The position numbers and the translations under genes are program-made. Below are positions 13,366 to 24,660 of a stretch of 64,000 nt of DNA, piece by piece. Origin of the DNA: Eledone cirrhosa (Eukaryota). The stretch is taken from positions 323,206,001 to 323,270,000 of the forward strand of contig OZ024743.1 in the NCBI GenBank assembly GCA_964016885.1. Reading direction: 5' to 3'. Under the pieces are notes generated by a model. The model made no database searches. It saw only the letters and a program-made list of their open reading frames with translations, and was not told the DNA's origin. Positions within the stretch are counted from its first letter, which is position 1. Each line of letters starts with the position of its first letter.

Positions 13366-13415
13366 GGACCGACTTCAATTTTTTTATATGATGTTTATGC
13401 CAATTCCTGAAAACT

Positions 13416-13877
13416 CCCGTATATACTCATATATAAGCTGAGAAATATGTGACAAAAAAATGTTAAAATGGGCGTTGGCTCATATTCGAGGTCAATATTT
13501 TTCTGATTTTCACAAACTTCAAAATTCTACTTAACGAGGTGCTAAAATATTTTTGCTTTGTAATACACCAGTTTCACTTTGGAGGTGAATATTACATTGG
13601 CTTCAATTTTGAGGTAAATATCATACCAGTTTCACTTTGGAGGTGAATATTACACTGGTTTCACTTTCGATGTGAAATTCATATTTCCTATTGTTTTTTA
13701 TCTTTTTGAATGAATTTTGACATCAAAGAAATCTGAAATTGGCAAAAAAATCATTATGTAATGGAGTTGTGAAACAAAAAACTGTTGATTAGCTACCTCG
13801 GCTTCTAAACAGGGTTTGGATTTTTGCCTATTTCTCAAACATAAAATAGGATCGACTTATATTTGAGTATATATGGG
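13416..13877. mobile_element. Non-autonomous Tc1/mariner (Tc2/pogo-like) MITE
   Basis: Terminal inverted repeats CCCGTATATACTCATATATAAGCTGA and reverse complement CCCATATATACTCAAATATAAGTCGA (22/26). Internal ~29-bp tandem subrepeats at 13563-13680. Confidence 0.78.
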
Positions 13878-13942
13878 TACTTGCTCTTCAAAAATTAATG
13901 ATAGAATTATCTCACAAAAAATTATTGTCTCCCACAGATATT

Positions 13943-14136
13943 AATGGGGTCGTGAGTTTTCATGACAAAAAGCACCCAGTACACACGGTAAAGTGGTTGT
14001 GTAGATGTCATGACAAAAAGCACCCTGTACACACTGTAAATATGGTTGTTGTTAGGAAGAGCATCCAACCATAGAAACCAAGTGAAAATTAGTTCTGTAT
14101 GAGCAAATTGATGTTAAACAGTGATGATGATGATGG
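13943..14136 (+). mobile_element. Short RTE-family 3' end insertion with 17-bp target site duplication
   Basis: TGTCTCCCACAGATATT at 13926-13942 and 14137-14153; gttaggaagagcatcca motif; (GAT)n tail. Confidence 0.9.
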
Positions 14137-14242
14137 TGTCTCCCACAGATATTCAGAGATACATCATGTTCTCTTATCTTATTACAATATTTTTCCACAA
14201 GTTTTTCTAATACTTTTTTCGTTTTCTTTTCTTTAATTCTAG

Positions 14243-14343
14243 GTAACAATTGACCTCCATAAAAAATGCACTTCCACACATACTGGTACATCAGCATCTG
14301 CACCTTTAGCTGCAGGAATTGTAGCTCTTACACTAGAAGCCAA
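14243..14343 (+). CDS. furin: Furin/PC5-like convertase exon with catalytic Ser
   Basis: ctttaattctag|GTA...GCC AA|gtaatc; 101 nt, phase 0-2; [33 protein letters not shown](N), the subtilase GTSAS motif. Not in the ORF track. Confidence 0.97.
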
Positions 14344-14826
14344 GTAATCCTTATTTGTTTTATTATATTGTTTTAGTTATCAAATACTACTACCCTCTAA
14401 AATATATTCTTGATTGTTTTAATTCTCTTTAGTGTGAGTGGCATGATAAAATTCAGTCTACACTATAAAGTGGTATGTGATGGGAAGAACATCCAGAGTC
14501 ATAATATATTACATAAGGACCAACAGCCACCATTTTAATAATTATTGGTAGTAATTCATTGAGGAATGAGAGAATAAATGGGAAATCAATTAAAAGTGGA
14601 AATATCTAGCCATGTGTGAGAACTTTACCAACCAAATGGAAAGTAGTATGAAAATGTTACTACAAGAAATTATAGAATAATGAGAAAGGTCCTGCTCCAA
14701 ATAGACCCAACAGAGGGACCAGCCATTGAAATTGACAGCTAGACTGTTAGGTATTGTCACTGAAATACTGAAAATATCTCGAGTAGATCATGTTTCTCAC
14801 TAGCAAAATAGTATTATTATCAACGT

Positions 14827-15043
14827 GGGCAGTGGATTAGCAGTATTGGTAGAGCATCGGACACCACGCTTCGTAGCATAGTTATGGCCCTTTACATTCT
14901 TGAGTTCAAATCCCGCTGAGGTTAGCTTTGCCTTTCATCCTTACGGGGTTGATAAAATAAAGTACCAGTAAGCACAGGTTGATTTATTCGACTTTCCCCA
15001 CCCCTTCAAATTGCTGGCCTTGTGCCTCAAGTAGAAACAATTA
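14827..15043 (+). mobile_element. tRNA-derived SINE, full length
   Basis: A-box-like TAGCAGTATTGG, B box GAGTTCAAATCC, core gcctttcatccttacggggttgataaaataaagtaccag, tail ggccttgtgcct...gtagaaacaattat; relatives at 2701, 21237 and 30652. Confidence 0.85.
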
Positions 15044-15245
15044 TCAACTGCTAAGGAACAGATGTTCTAAAACAGAGGGCCTCAAACTGAGAAACTCAAT
15101 AGGGACACTACTTCCTAACAGGTCAAAATTGAGATGGTTGAGTGGGGACATGTTTTCCACCAGTTAGAATGCTAATCTGCTATATAGCTAATAGGCTTCT
15201 ATTTATTTATTTTTCATCAAAATGAATGCACATATGATAGTAAGT

Positions 15246-15622
15246 GGGATATGGCGATGACCGTGACCTCTGGCGTCATGCAGTAATACAGAGTACCCGA
15301 CCTCCCATGGGTACAAGCTGAAGCATATAGACAATATGCCCCCACACCCTCCCACTGCAAAGTGGTGGTGGAGGTGCCACGGCAAAAAAGCACCCAGCCC
15401 ACACTGTAAAGTGGACGTGTAGGCGCCATGGAAAAAAGCACCCAGCACTCACTGTAAATGAGGTTGGTGTTAGGAAGGGCATCCAGCTGTAGAAATCGAG
15501 CCAAAATCAGTTCCTGTATGAGCAAGGCATGGTCAGCCGACCAGACACTGCCCACAACAGGACAACCTGTCTAACCCATGCTAGCATGGAAGAACGGATG
15601 TAAAACAGTGATGATGATGATG
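15246..15622 (+). mobile_element. 3' fragment of a related RTE subfamily
   Basis: Encodes DRDLWRHAVIQSTR (compare DRDLWRYSVTEKTR); shares ggttggtgttaggaagggcatccag and the (GAT)n tail. Confidence 0.85.
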
Positions 15623-15728
15623 GGAATTAGTACAAAATGTAGGGGGACAAATTTTCCTTTGATCTGCTGTGGACTACGTGCAGGTGCAGCCCATGGGCCA
15701 TGTGTTTGAAACCCCTGGTCTAAAGTGA

Positions 15729-15906
15729 AACAACTACAGAGGCATCAAATTAATGAACCTGGTTATGAAAGACACTGAAATAGTTTAGTATAATTGACTA
15801 GGAAGAGAATTAGCCTAAATGAGATGTATGTAGTTCAGATTTATGCCATGATGCGGTACTACTGATGCCCTCTTCTTAATGAGGAAATATTTAGCTAGGA
15901 GTAAGC
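15729..15906 (+). pseudogene. Decayed RTE reverse transcriptase fragment
   Basis: NYRGIKLMNLVMK...TTDALF-like remnants. Confidence 0.7.
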
Positions 15907-16264
15907 TGGGGAAATGGACATAGTAATGCAAATTATATATATGTATGACATTCCGTTTGATACCTTATTGATAATACTTTGAGGAACCTAAGTTGTGTAA
16001 TACTTTATGTCTGTTTACAACTAGAGTCGGTCAATTGATCAACCAACGTTTCTTTACTTGGAATAATTATATATATATATATCAATAATAGTTTGGTTGA
16101 ATGAGATGAAGAATTCTTACATAGCCTATATTTTGGAGACACCTAAACGACACCACACCAACTTTGATTATGCAATTATACTTTAAGGATGGAGCATCAT
16201 ATATACAATTAAATATTTTACAAAACTCTTGTTTTTAGTTTTCATTAAGTCTGACTCTTGTGGG

Positions 16265-16445
16265 ACTAGTGAAGTGGTCATTTATGACACATGTAGAACT
16301 AGTGAAGTGGTCATTTATGACACATGTTAGACTAGTGAAGTGGTCATTTATGACACATGTTAGACTAGTGAAGTGGTCATTTATGATACATGTTAGAGTA
16401 GTGTAGTGGTCATCTATGACTCATATAGGACTTAGTGAACTGGTA
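16265..16445. repeat. 33-bp minisatellite, ~5.5 copies
   Basis: ACTAGTGAAGTGGTCATTTATGACACATGTTAG starting at 16265, 16298, 16331, 16364, 16397. Confidence 0.95.
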
Positions 16446-16677
16446 AACCATGGCTTAGATAGGATTCAGATCTCAGTTGACTTCTATTCCTTGTTTAGAA
16501 TACATCTTCCAAATTAGATCTGGTGCAACTGTTAAAAGGTAGAACCTTAACTAGAAGGTACAGAAGATGGTAGATATGCAATTAGAGCCATAGATAACAC
16601 TTCATGGTTACATCATAGAGAGTTTATAAGTTTCTACATGTTTCATCAAACAATTTGGTGGTTGGGTTCAACTGTGT

Positions 16678-19600
16678 TCATCATCGTTTAACGTCCGTGT
16701 TCCATGCTTGCATAGGTTTGGACGGGAGTTTTCCCACTTGAGGCAAGAGTGGTTGTCTTGCTCGCATAGGACTGTCTGGCGGGTTTTCTACAGTTGGATG
16801 CCCTTCCTAACACCAACCACATTTACAGTGTGGGGCTGGGAGGTTTTTACCGTGTTGCTTACACGGCCACATTACAGCGTGGACTGTCTGGCAGGTTTTC
16901 TACAGCTGGATGCCCTTCCTAACACCAACCACATTTACAGTGTGGGACTGGGACGTTTTTACCGTGTTGCCTACACGGTCACATTACAGCGTGGACTGTG
17001 TGTTTTTTTTTTTTTTTCGTGACACCTACACGATCTCATTTGTTTCGGCCTGGATTTTGTGGCACCAACATAACTTTACATTGAAAGGGGCGGTGTGGAT
17101 GGGGTGGGGGTGGCGGGACGGGGGTGTATTTTGTTAGAGATGCCTACTGACTGTAGTAGGTTTTACTTTGTATTTAGGTAACGCGGGTCTTCTCTGTTAC
17201 TGAGTACCGCCAAAGGTCTCGGTCCAGTGACATTGTCTTGGAGAGGTGTAAGTGTGTGAGGTTGGAATTTATCAGCTCGTCCCAGGTTTTTCTGGGTCTG
17301 CCTACTCCGTGGCTACCATCTATCTTTATTGCCCTGTACTTTGTTATACAGCTGTCGTCTTTCATGCGCATCACGTGACCATACCAACGTAGCCTTCTCT
17401 CGAGTAAACAACATCTGATCCCTCTTATTTCTAATTTTTTCCTTAGTTCGTTTATGCTTTGCCGTTCGCGTATATTACTATTACACATCCAGCGGAGCAT
17501 GCAAGCTTCGTTCCTCTCTAGTCTGCGTATATCCTCTGCACACAATACCCAGGTCTCACTGCCATGCAACATTGCTGTTCGTATGCAGGCATCATACAAC
17601 CTGCCTTTCACTTTTAGGGAGAACCCTTTAGCGGCTAATAGTGGTATAAGCTCTCTGAACTTTTTCCATCCAGTTCTGACTCTAGCTACTGTACTTTCGG
17701 AGCACCCTCCCCCACTGCTGATTTTGTCACCCAGGTAACGGAAGCTGTCCACTATTTCTATAGAACCCTCTGCGCAGTTGAAAGAGCTAGTATTTTGTGG
17801 GCACTTGCTGCTACTTATTGCACCAGAGCACCGGCCACATGTAAAATCTGTGTTCTTAGTTAGCTTACCTGTGATCCCACTACATCTTTTATGCTCCCAT
17901 ACTTTGCATTTGGGACATAAAATGGAGTTTCTACCTACGCCTTTCCTACACACTGAGCATGGCCATTTCCCGGATGGGACCGGCGCCTTATTTTCTTTCC
18001 TACAAACTAGAACTTTAGTCTTAGCCATGTTAATTTTAAGGCCTTTTGATTCTAGGCCGTGCTTCCATGTTTGGAATTTCTTCTCTAGCTCGGCCATTGA
18101 TTCAGCTATGAGCGTTAGGTCATCTGCGTATAGGAGTTCCCATGGGCAGCCGGTCTTGAACTCCTTTGTTATAGCCTGAAGAGCAATAATGAATAGTAGG
18201 GGCTAAGAACAGAGCCCTGATGGACACCAACTTTTACGCTAAACTCTTCACTATATTCGTTGTTAATTCTAACCTTGCTCACTGTTTCTTTATACATGGC
18301 TTGTATAGCTCTCACAAGCCATTCGTCAACACCTAGTTTTCTAAGAGCCCACCAGATAATGGAACGGGGGACTCTGTCGAAGGCTTTCTCCAAGTCGACA
18401 AAGGCTAAGTATAGGGGTTTACTTTTAGCTAGGTACTTCTCCTGTAGTTGTCGTACAATGAAAAGAGCGTCTGTGGTACTTTTGCCTGACACAAACCCGA
18501 ACTGCATTTCATCTAGATCGATTCTCTCTCTGATTAGTTGCACTATTACTTTTTCCGTGACCTTCATGACCTGGTCGATTAATTTAATCCCTCTATAGTT
18601 ACTCCTATCTAGGGCGTCTCCTTTACCCTTGTAACAGTTAATGATGATGCTGCTACGCCAGTCCTTCGGAACAACCCCATTCTGTATGACTTGGTTTACT
18701 ATCCGGGTGACCATGGTGTGTCCCACCGTTCCAGAGGCCTTCAGCATCTCAGCGACTATTTCCGAAGGCCCAGCCGCCTTACCCGTCTTCATATCTTTGA
18801 TCGCCTTACTTATTATACTACCTTCAACTAACACTGCTGGTCCCTCTATTGGATCGATCTGGGGGAGACTATCCTTCTCCCATTTATTCTCCTCATTTAG
18901 TAGCCTCTCGTAGTGACACTTCCAAGCGACCTTCCTATCAGCGTCAGTGATGGCGAGTACGCCATCATCATTTAGTACACACTTCTCCCCAACAATATCA
19001 CGGTTTTCCTTGACACATTGCCTAGCAATCCTGAACGCCTCACGTTTTTGGTCCTCGCGTTGTAGAACATGCTTGAACTTTCTTTCCTCTGCTTCCCTTC
19101 TTGCAAAGTACACTTGTCTCCTAGCTTCCCTCCTGGCCACTTGATAGTCTTCTCTACTTCCCCCATCCCGCCATATTTTCCAAGCCTGCTTTTTGGCCTT
19201 AATCGACTCCTCCACCTTACTGTTCCACCACCATGTTACTCTCCTCCTGCCTATAGGCCTGCTCCGGCCACAGACTTCGTCTGCCGCCATCAGCAGGTTT
19301 GTTTTCAGGAATTCCCACTGTCCCTCTATATTGTCCGACTCTAAATGCTCTTCCTTACTGTCGAAAGCGTCAAGTAATATGCTTTGAAATTTATTTCTGG
19401 CTGTGGGGTCCTTTAGCTTCCATATTTTTCTCCTGAGGATAGTCCTCTTCTGCTGTCGAGTACGTCTCGTCCTGACTATGAGGTCGCTAATTATCAGTCT
19501 ATGTTGGGAGGTGCATTCTTCATGGGGGAGGGATTTAGTGTTTACAACAGACACTCTGTCACGTCTTCTGGTAAGGATATAATCTACCTGGCTGGTATGT

Positions 19601-21008
19601 TCCCCTGATCTGTAGGTGATCAAGTGATTGTCTCGTTTTTTGAAGTTAGTGTTACAGATTGTTAGGTTATTTGCGTCACAGAATTCCAGGATTCTGGAGC
19701 CTTCCTCATTTCTAGTACCAAACCCATAGCCTCCATGGATTTCATCTTAGCCGCCACAATGTTGTCCAACGTGACCATTTAGGTCGCCAGCAATAATTAT
19801 ATAGTCACTGTCGGTTATTTGGGAGGTAGTGAGCATCAGTGTCTCATAGAAAGTGTCTTTTATAGCGCCAGGCAGTCCGGATTGGGGCGCGTACGCAGAT
19901 ATTATCGTCACAGTAGTTCTATTTAGAACAAGTCTTATTTTAATTATTCTGTCGTTTACTCTATTTACATCTATTATCTTATCCACCCATTTTTCTGCTA
20001 ACATGATTCCTACCCCACCCAGCCCATTGTCATTTCCCACCCAGAAAAGCTTATAGCATCGTTTTTTACCCACAATGAATCTAGCAGACCCGCCCCTCCA
20101 CCTGGTCTCTTGGATGCAGCAGACATCAACCTCCTTACGTTCAAGCATTTCTACAACCTCGTTTGAGCGGCCTTTTAAGGTCCCTACATTCATGGTACCA
20201 ACTCTGAAGTTTTGGATTGCGTTTGGTGGGTGGCGTGCAGGGAGGGGTGTGGTTGATGGGGTTGGGGTTATGTTGGCCATCCGCGGCCGCAACAAAGAGG
20301 GTGGGGCTTTGCCCTTTCGTCCGGCAGCATGAGGTGAATTTGTCGTTATCTTTTGCATTGTCTTCGGGTGTCCAGATTCTTCTGACTCTCCAGAAATTCC
20401 CTAGTTCATCCATCATATCGAAAAAGCAACCAGAAGTGCTAGCATAGGTCGTTTACTTGTGATTGGTCCAAATAATAAGGTGGAGAGTGGGGGCGGAAGG
20501 GAGGGGTATGGGGTAGTTTGCGAGGAGCAGAATTATTTTTAGAACAACGGTGAGACAGAACAGAATTATAGAAAGCCAATTTTGAATACGATTTTTTGAT
20601 TCTGGGGGATTATAAGATATATAGATGAATGAACCGAATGTGGAGAGTTGAGAAGAAATGGATATGTACGTTACATTTCGTAGAAGAAAACTGAACAAGC
20701 TACCATCAATAATAGGAGACAAATTCTGGGTTTAGTCCCCTGTAGCATGGCTTATTTATATTTGGTTGGCAAGGAGTGAGGGGGAGTGTGAGACCAGCGT
20801 ATATGATAGAGAGAGTGAGGGGGTGAGAGGCGATTTCAGCAGGCCAAGAGAGAGAGAGGGCAATCCCTAATTTAACCTGGCATAATTTCTTTTTTCGGCC
20901 AAAATGGTTGCAGGAATATTATTTAGAATTGTAGAAAGACAAACAATTATGAACATGATTTTTTGATTCTGGGGGATTGTAAGATATATAGATGAATGAA
21001 CCGAATGT
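16678..21008 (-). mobile_element. Near-full-length RTE-type non-LTR retrotransposon (LINE); 5' boundary uncertain between ~20450 and 21008
   Basis: Single APE-endonuclease plus RT polyprotein, ~500-bp 3' UTR, and (GAT)n tail at 16678-16687. Confidence 0.93.
17174..20358 (-). pseudogene. LINE polyprotein (AP endonuclease, reverse transcriptase, embedded PHD-like finger), ~1060 aa, two lesions
   Basis: GTMNVGTL, CIQETRW, AYAPQ, GDLNGHVG, SQVDYIL, SQHRL (APE); NYRGIKL, QFGF, FVDLEKAFD, GVHQGSVLSP, YADD, FRYLG (RT). In-frame stop at 19747-19749 and 1-nt deletion in a G run near 18200. Confidence 0.95.
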
Positions 21009-21046
21009 AAAGAAATACAAGACTAATTAGTTTTATATATTTTCAG

Positions 21047-21150
21047 TAAAAACTTGACATGGCGAGATATTCAATATATAACTATATTAACAGCAAGACC
21101 TGAACCAATGTTAGATGGACATTGGACAAGAAATGCTTTGGGAAGAAATG
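21047..21150 (+). CDS. furin: Furin/PC5-like convertase exon (end of catalytic domain)
   Basis: attttcag|T AAA AAC...AAT G|gtaagt; 104 nt, phase 2-1; (N)KNLTWRDIQYITILTARPEPMLDGHWTRNALGRN. Confidence 0.96.
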
Positions 21151-21236
21151 GTAAGTTTATTTTACAAAGGAATTAATGTTAACTAGCTGACTCCATGGTT
21201 TTTGAATACTAAGACAATAATTACAGGCATATGTTT

Positions 21237-21350
21237 GTCTTTCAACCATCTGGGGACAAGAAAATAATGTACCAGTCAAGTACTGGGGTTGATTTAATCA
21301 ACTTTGTTCTTCTATAAAATTTACAGGCCTTGTGCCTAAATCAGAAATTA
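21237..21350 (+). mobile_element. Degenerate SINE fragment (14827 family)
   Basis: aaaataatgtaccagtcaagtactggggttgatttaatc...ggccttgtgcctaaatcagaaa. Confidence 0.65.
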
Positions 21351-21493
21351 CTAGCGTTGTCTGTTAGCTTTAGTCTCACCTTTTCTTACAATCGAGGCAC
21401 TACACTTTTTTGATGAAGCTATAACACTCTTTGAATTTAAAATTAAGGTGTTCACTCCAAAATAGCTGTATACATACATGTATGTAAAGTTTT

Positions 21494-23117
21494 TCATCAT
21501 CATCATCATCATCATCGTTTAACGTCCATATTCCACGCTTGCATGGGTTTGGACGGGAGTTTTCCCACTTGAGGCAAGAGTGGTTGTCTTGCTCGCATAG
21601 TTCTGTCTGGCGGGTTTTCCACGGCTTGATGCCCTTCCTAACACCAACCACATTTACAGTGTGGAACTGGGAGGTTTTACCGTGTTACCTACACGGCCAC
21701 ATTACAGCGTGGACTGTGTGTTTTTTTGTCGTGACACCTACACGACCTCATTTGTTTCGGGCTGGATGTTGTGGTACCAACATAACTTTACATTGAAAGG
21801 GATGGGGTGGATGGGGTGGGGGGTAGTGGGACGGGGGGTGTATTTTGTTAGAGGTGCCTACTGACTGTAGTAGGTTTCACTTTGTACTTATGTAAGGCGG
21901 GTCTTCTCTATTACTGTGTAGCGCCAAAGATCTCGGTCCAGTGACATTGTCTTGGAGAGGTGTAAGTGTGTGAGGTCGGAATTTATCAAGTCGTCCCAGG
22001 TTTTTCTGGGTCTGCCTACTCTGTGGCTACCGTCTATTTTTATTGCCCTGCACTTTTTTATACAGCTGTCGTCTTTCATGCGCATCACGTGACTATACCA
22101 ACGTAGCCTTCTCTCGAGTAAACAACATCTGATCCCTCTTATTTCTAATTTTTCCCTTAGTTCGTTTATGCTTTGCCGTTCACGTATATTACTGTTACAC
22201 ATCCAGCGGAACATGCAAGCTTCGTTCCTCTCCAGTCTGCGTATATCCTCTGCACAGAATGCCCAGGTCTCACTGCCATGCAACATTGCTGTTCGTATGC
22301 AGGCATCATACAGCCTGCCTTTCATTTTTAGGGAGAACCCTTTAGCGGCCAATAGTGGTATAAGCTCTCTGAACTTTTTCCACCCCGTTCTGACTCTAGC
22401 TACTGTACTTTCAGAGCACCTTCCCCCACTGCTGATTTTGTCACCCAGGTAACGGAAGCTGTCCACTATTTCTATAGAACCATCTGTGCAATGGAATGAG
22501 CTAGTATTCTGTGGGCACTTGCTGCTACTTATTGCACCAGAGCACCGGCCACATATAAAATCTATGTTCTTAGTTAGCTTACCTGTGATCCCACTACATC
22601 TTTTATGCACCCATACTTTGCATTTGGGACATAAAATGGAGTTTCTACCTACTCCTTTCCTACACACTGAGCATGGCCATTTCCCGGATGGGACCGGCGC
22701 CCTATTTTCCTTCCTACAAACTAGAACTTTAGTCTTAGACAGGTTAATTTTAAGGCCTTTTGATTCTAGGCCATGCTTCCATGTTTGGAATTTCCTCTCT
22801 AGTTCGGCCATTGATTCAGCTATGAGCGTTAGATCATCTGCGTATAGGAGTTCCCATGGGCAGCCGGTCTTGAACTCCACTGTTATAACCTGAAGAGCGA
22901 TAATAAATAGTAGGGGGCTAAGAACGGAGCCCTGATGAACACCAACTTTTACGCTAAACTCTTCACTATATTCGTTGTTAATTCTAACCTTGCTGACTGT
23001 TTCTTTATACATAGCTTGTATAGCTCTCACAAGCCATTCATCGACACCTAGTTTTCTAAGAGCCCACCAGATAATGGAACGGGGTACTCTGTTGAAGGCT
23101 TTCTCCAAGTCGACAAA
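21494..23117 (-). mobile_element. 5'-truncated RTE-type LINE copy with open RT C-terminal frame (21888-23108)
   Basis: EKAFNRVPR...QGSVLSPLLF...YADD...PHD-like...FRYLG...GRPRKTW; (TCA)n tail at 21494-21516; similarity to the full copy ends at 23117. Confidence 0.95.
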
Positions 23118-23309
23118 TCAAATAATATATATGTTTGCAAATAAATATTTGTAAGCCTTTAGCTAGGAATTTTAAAGGTGATGGCGGTACCACCTACTGA
23201 GTTTCAGTGGAAATAAGGGGGTAGGGAGTAGTCGATAGCTGTTTCTGGCTATTAAGCCGTTGTCAAGTCTACGCACGCTTTTACCCAAATAAGCCATAAA
23301 TATATAGTT

Positions 23310-23485
23310 TTAACCCTTTAGCATTTAAACCCACCATATCTCACCTCTTTCTGTTCAAACTGGCCACTCATACTGATATTAAGGTATAACATCAAAATCT
23401 GATAGATTCAATATTATGGGAGGTAAAGCCTTTACCATGAAAATATAGTAGTAAATATAGAGTAATGTAAATGCTAAAGAGTTAA
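23310..23485. mobile_element. piggyBac-type MITE with TTAA target duplication
   Basis: TTAA|CCCTTTAGCATTTA ... TAAATGCTAAAGAG|TTAA (13/14 inverted match). Confidence 0.88.
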
Positions 23486-24036
23486 AGCTTATGTATATGA
23501 GCTGATTAGCCTCATTTGTATACGGAGCATTAGGCTTTTTTAAAGAAATAAGATTATGATTGTAACATGTTAGTTGCTAGAATCTAATTGATAACATTGA
23601 TTATGCCTTTGATTATGTTTCCAACATTCTTAGAAGCATTACAAAGAGATACTACACTTCTTTGTCTGATGAAGGCATAAACTTTTTTTTTTTATTTAAT
23701 TTAAAAGAAAAAAAATTGGAAAATCTTTTAAAATACGATTATGATTGGAATATATCTTTGATAATTTTCTCTTTATATATGCACTAGTAGTTATCTTTAA
23801 TAATATTGTCTTTATATATGCACTAGTTATTTGATGATATACTTTGTATGTGTGTGTATATATATATGTGAGGTTATAGTGTAATAGTTCACTATTTTCA
23901 TTGGTTAAGATGAGTTAAGCTTATATTTCCTGAAGAGATACAGTAAAGTAGAGCACACAAAATGGATAATATCTGTTACAATGATGATGATAATATACAG
24001 TGGTTATCTTTGATAATGTTTTATATATATATACAG

Positions 24037-24154
24037 TTAGCTTACGTTATGGATATGGACTGATGGATGCTGCTGCTATGGTAAAATATGCTGAAGTATG
24101 GAAGACACTTCCAAAGAAACATATATCTGAAATACCTTCTAAAGAATTCAATGT
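24037..24154 (+). CDS. furin: Furin/PC5-like convertase exon (catalytic/P-domain junction)
   Basis: atatacag|TT AGC...AAT GT|gtaagt; 118 nt, phase 1-2; (V)SLRYGYGLMDAAAMVKYAEVWKTLPKKHISEIPSKEFN. Confidence 0.95.
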
Positions 24155-24174
24155 GTAAGTAAAAGTTTTGTAAT

Positions 24175-24352
24175 TATCATTATCTTAATCACCATAACTA
24201 CCATCATCATCTTAATCACCATAACTACCATCATCATCTCTATCACCACTATCGTCGTCACCATTATCATCGTCACCCCGTCGTCGTCACCATCCCATTG
24301 TCATCATCACCACCATTATCATCATCATTACCATCATCACCTTCACCATCAC
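24175..24352. repeat. (CAT/CAC)-rich low-complexity tract with a short tandem duplication
   Basis: atcttaatcaccataactaccatcatc occurs twice, followed by degenerate CAT repeats. Confidence 0.8.
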
Positions 24353-24394
24353 TTTTGACACAACTATAGGGTCGACCCAACCCTTTATTTTGCA

Positions 24395-24660
24395 AGCTTT
24401 TTATGTATGGCTGGATGCCCCTCCTATCACCAACCACTTTACAGCATGTACTGGGGGTGTTTCTCATGTAGATTACCAACATTAGAGAGGTTGTTGTCTT
24501 TCGGACAACCGAAGGGTCCTCTCAACCCTTTTAGGAATGGTTTATAGTGGTGTGCCGTTCCTGTCACCAACCACCCTTACAGAGTGTACCAGGTCCGTTT
24601 TCATGGCACCATCGCTAGAGAGGTTTTTGGTCAGAGACCCAACTGAAGAGTCCTCTCTGC
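24395..24660 (-). mobile_element. Degenerate RTE/SINE 3'-UTR module, two tandem copies
   Basis: gctggatgcccctcctatcaccaaccactttacag and gtgccgttcctgtcaccaaccacccttacag. Confidence 0.65.

Noticed and set aside
14827-14915. tRNA gene
   Set aside because: A and B boxes run directly into a multi-copy SINE body, and no complete cloverleaf is evident.
17454-20447. Plus-strand ORFs over the LINE (also 22168-22893)
   Set aside because: Antisense shadows of the LINE coding sequence with no recognisable motifs.
21470-21486. Palindrome TACATACATGTATGTA next to a LINE tail
   Set aside because: Expected from abutting TACA/TGTA microsatellites.
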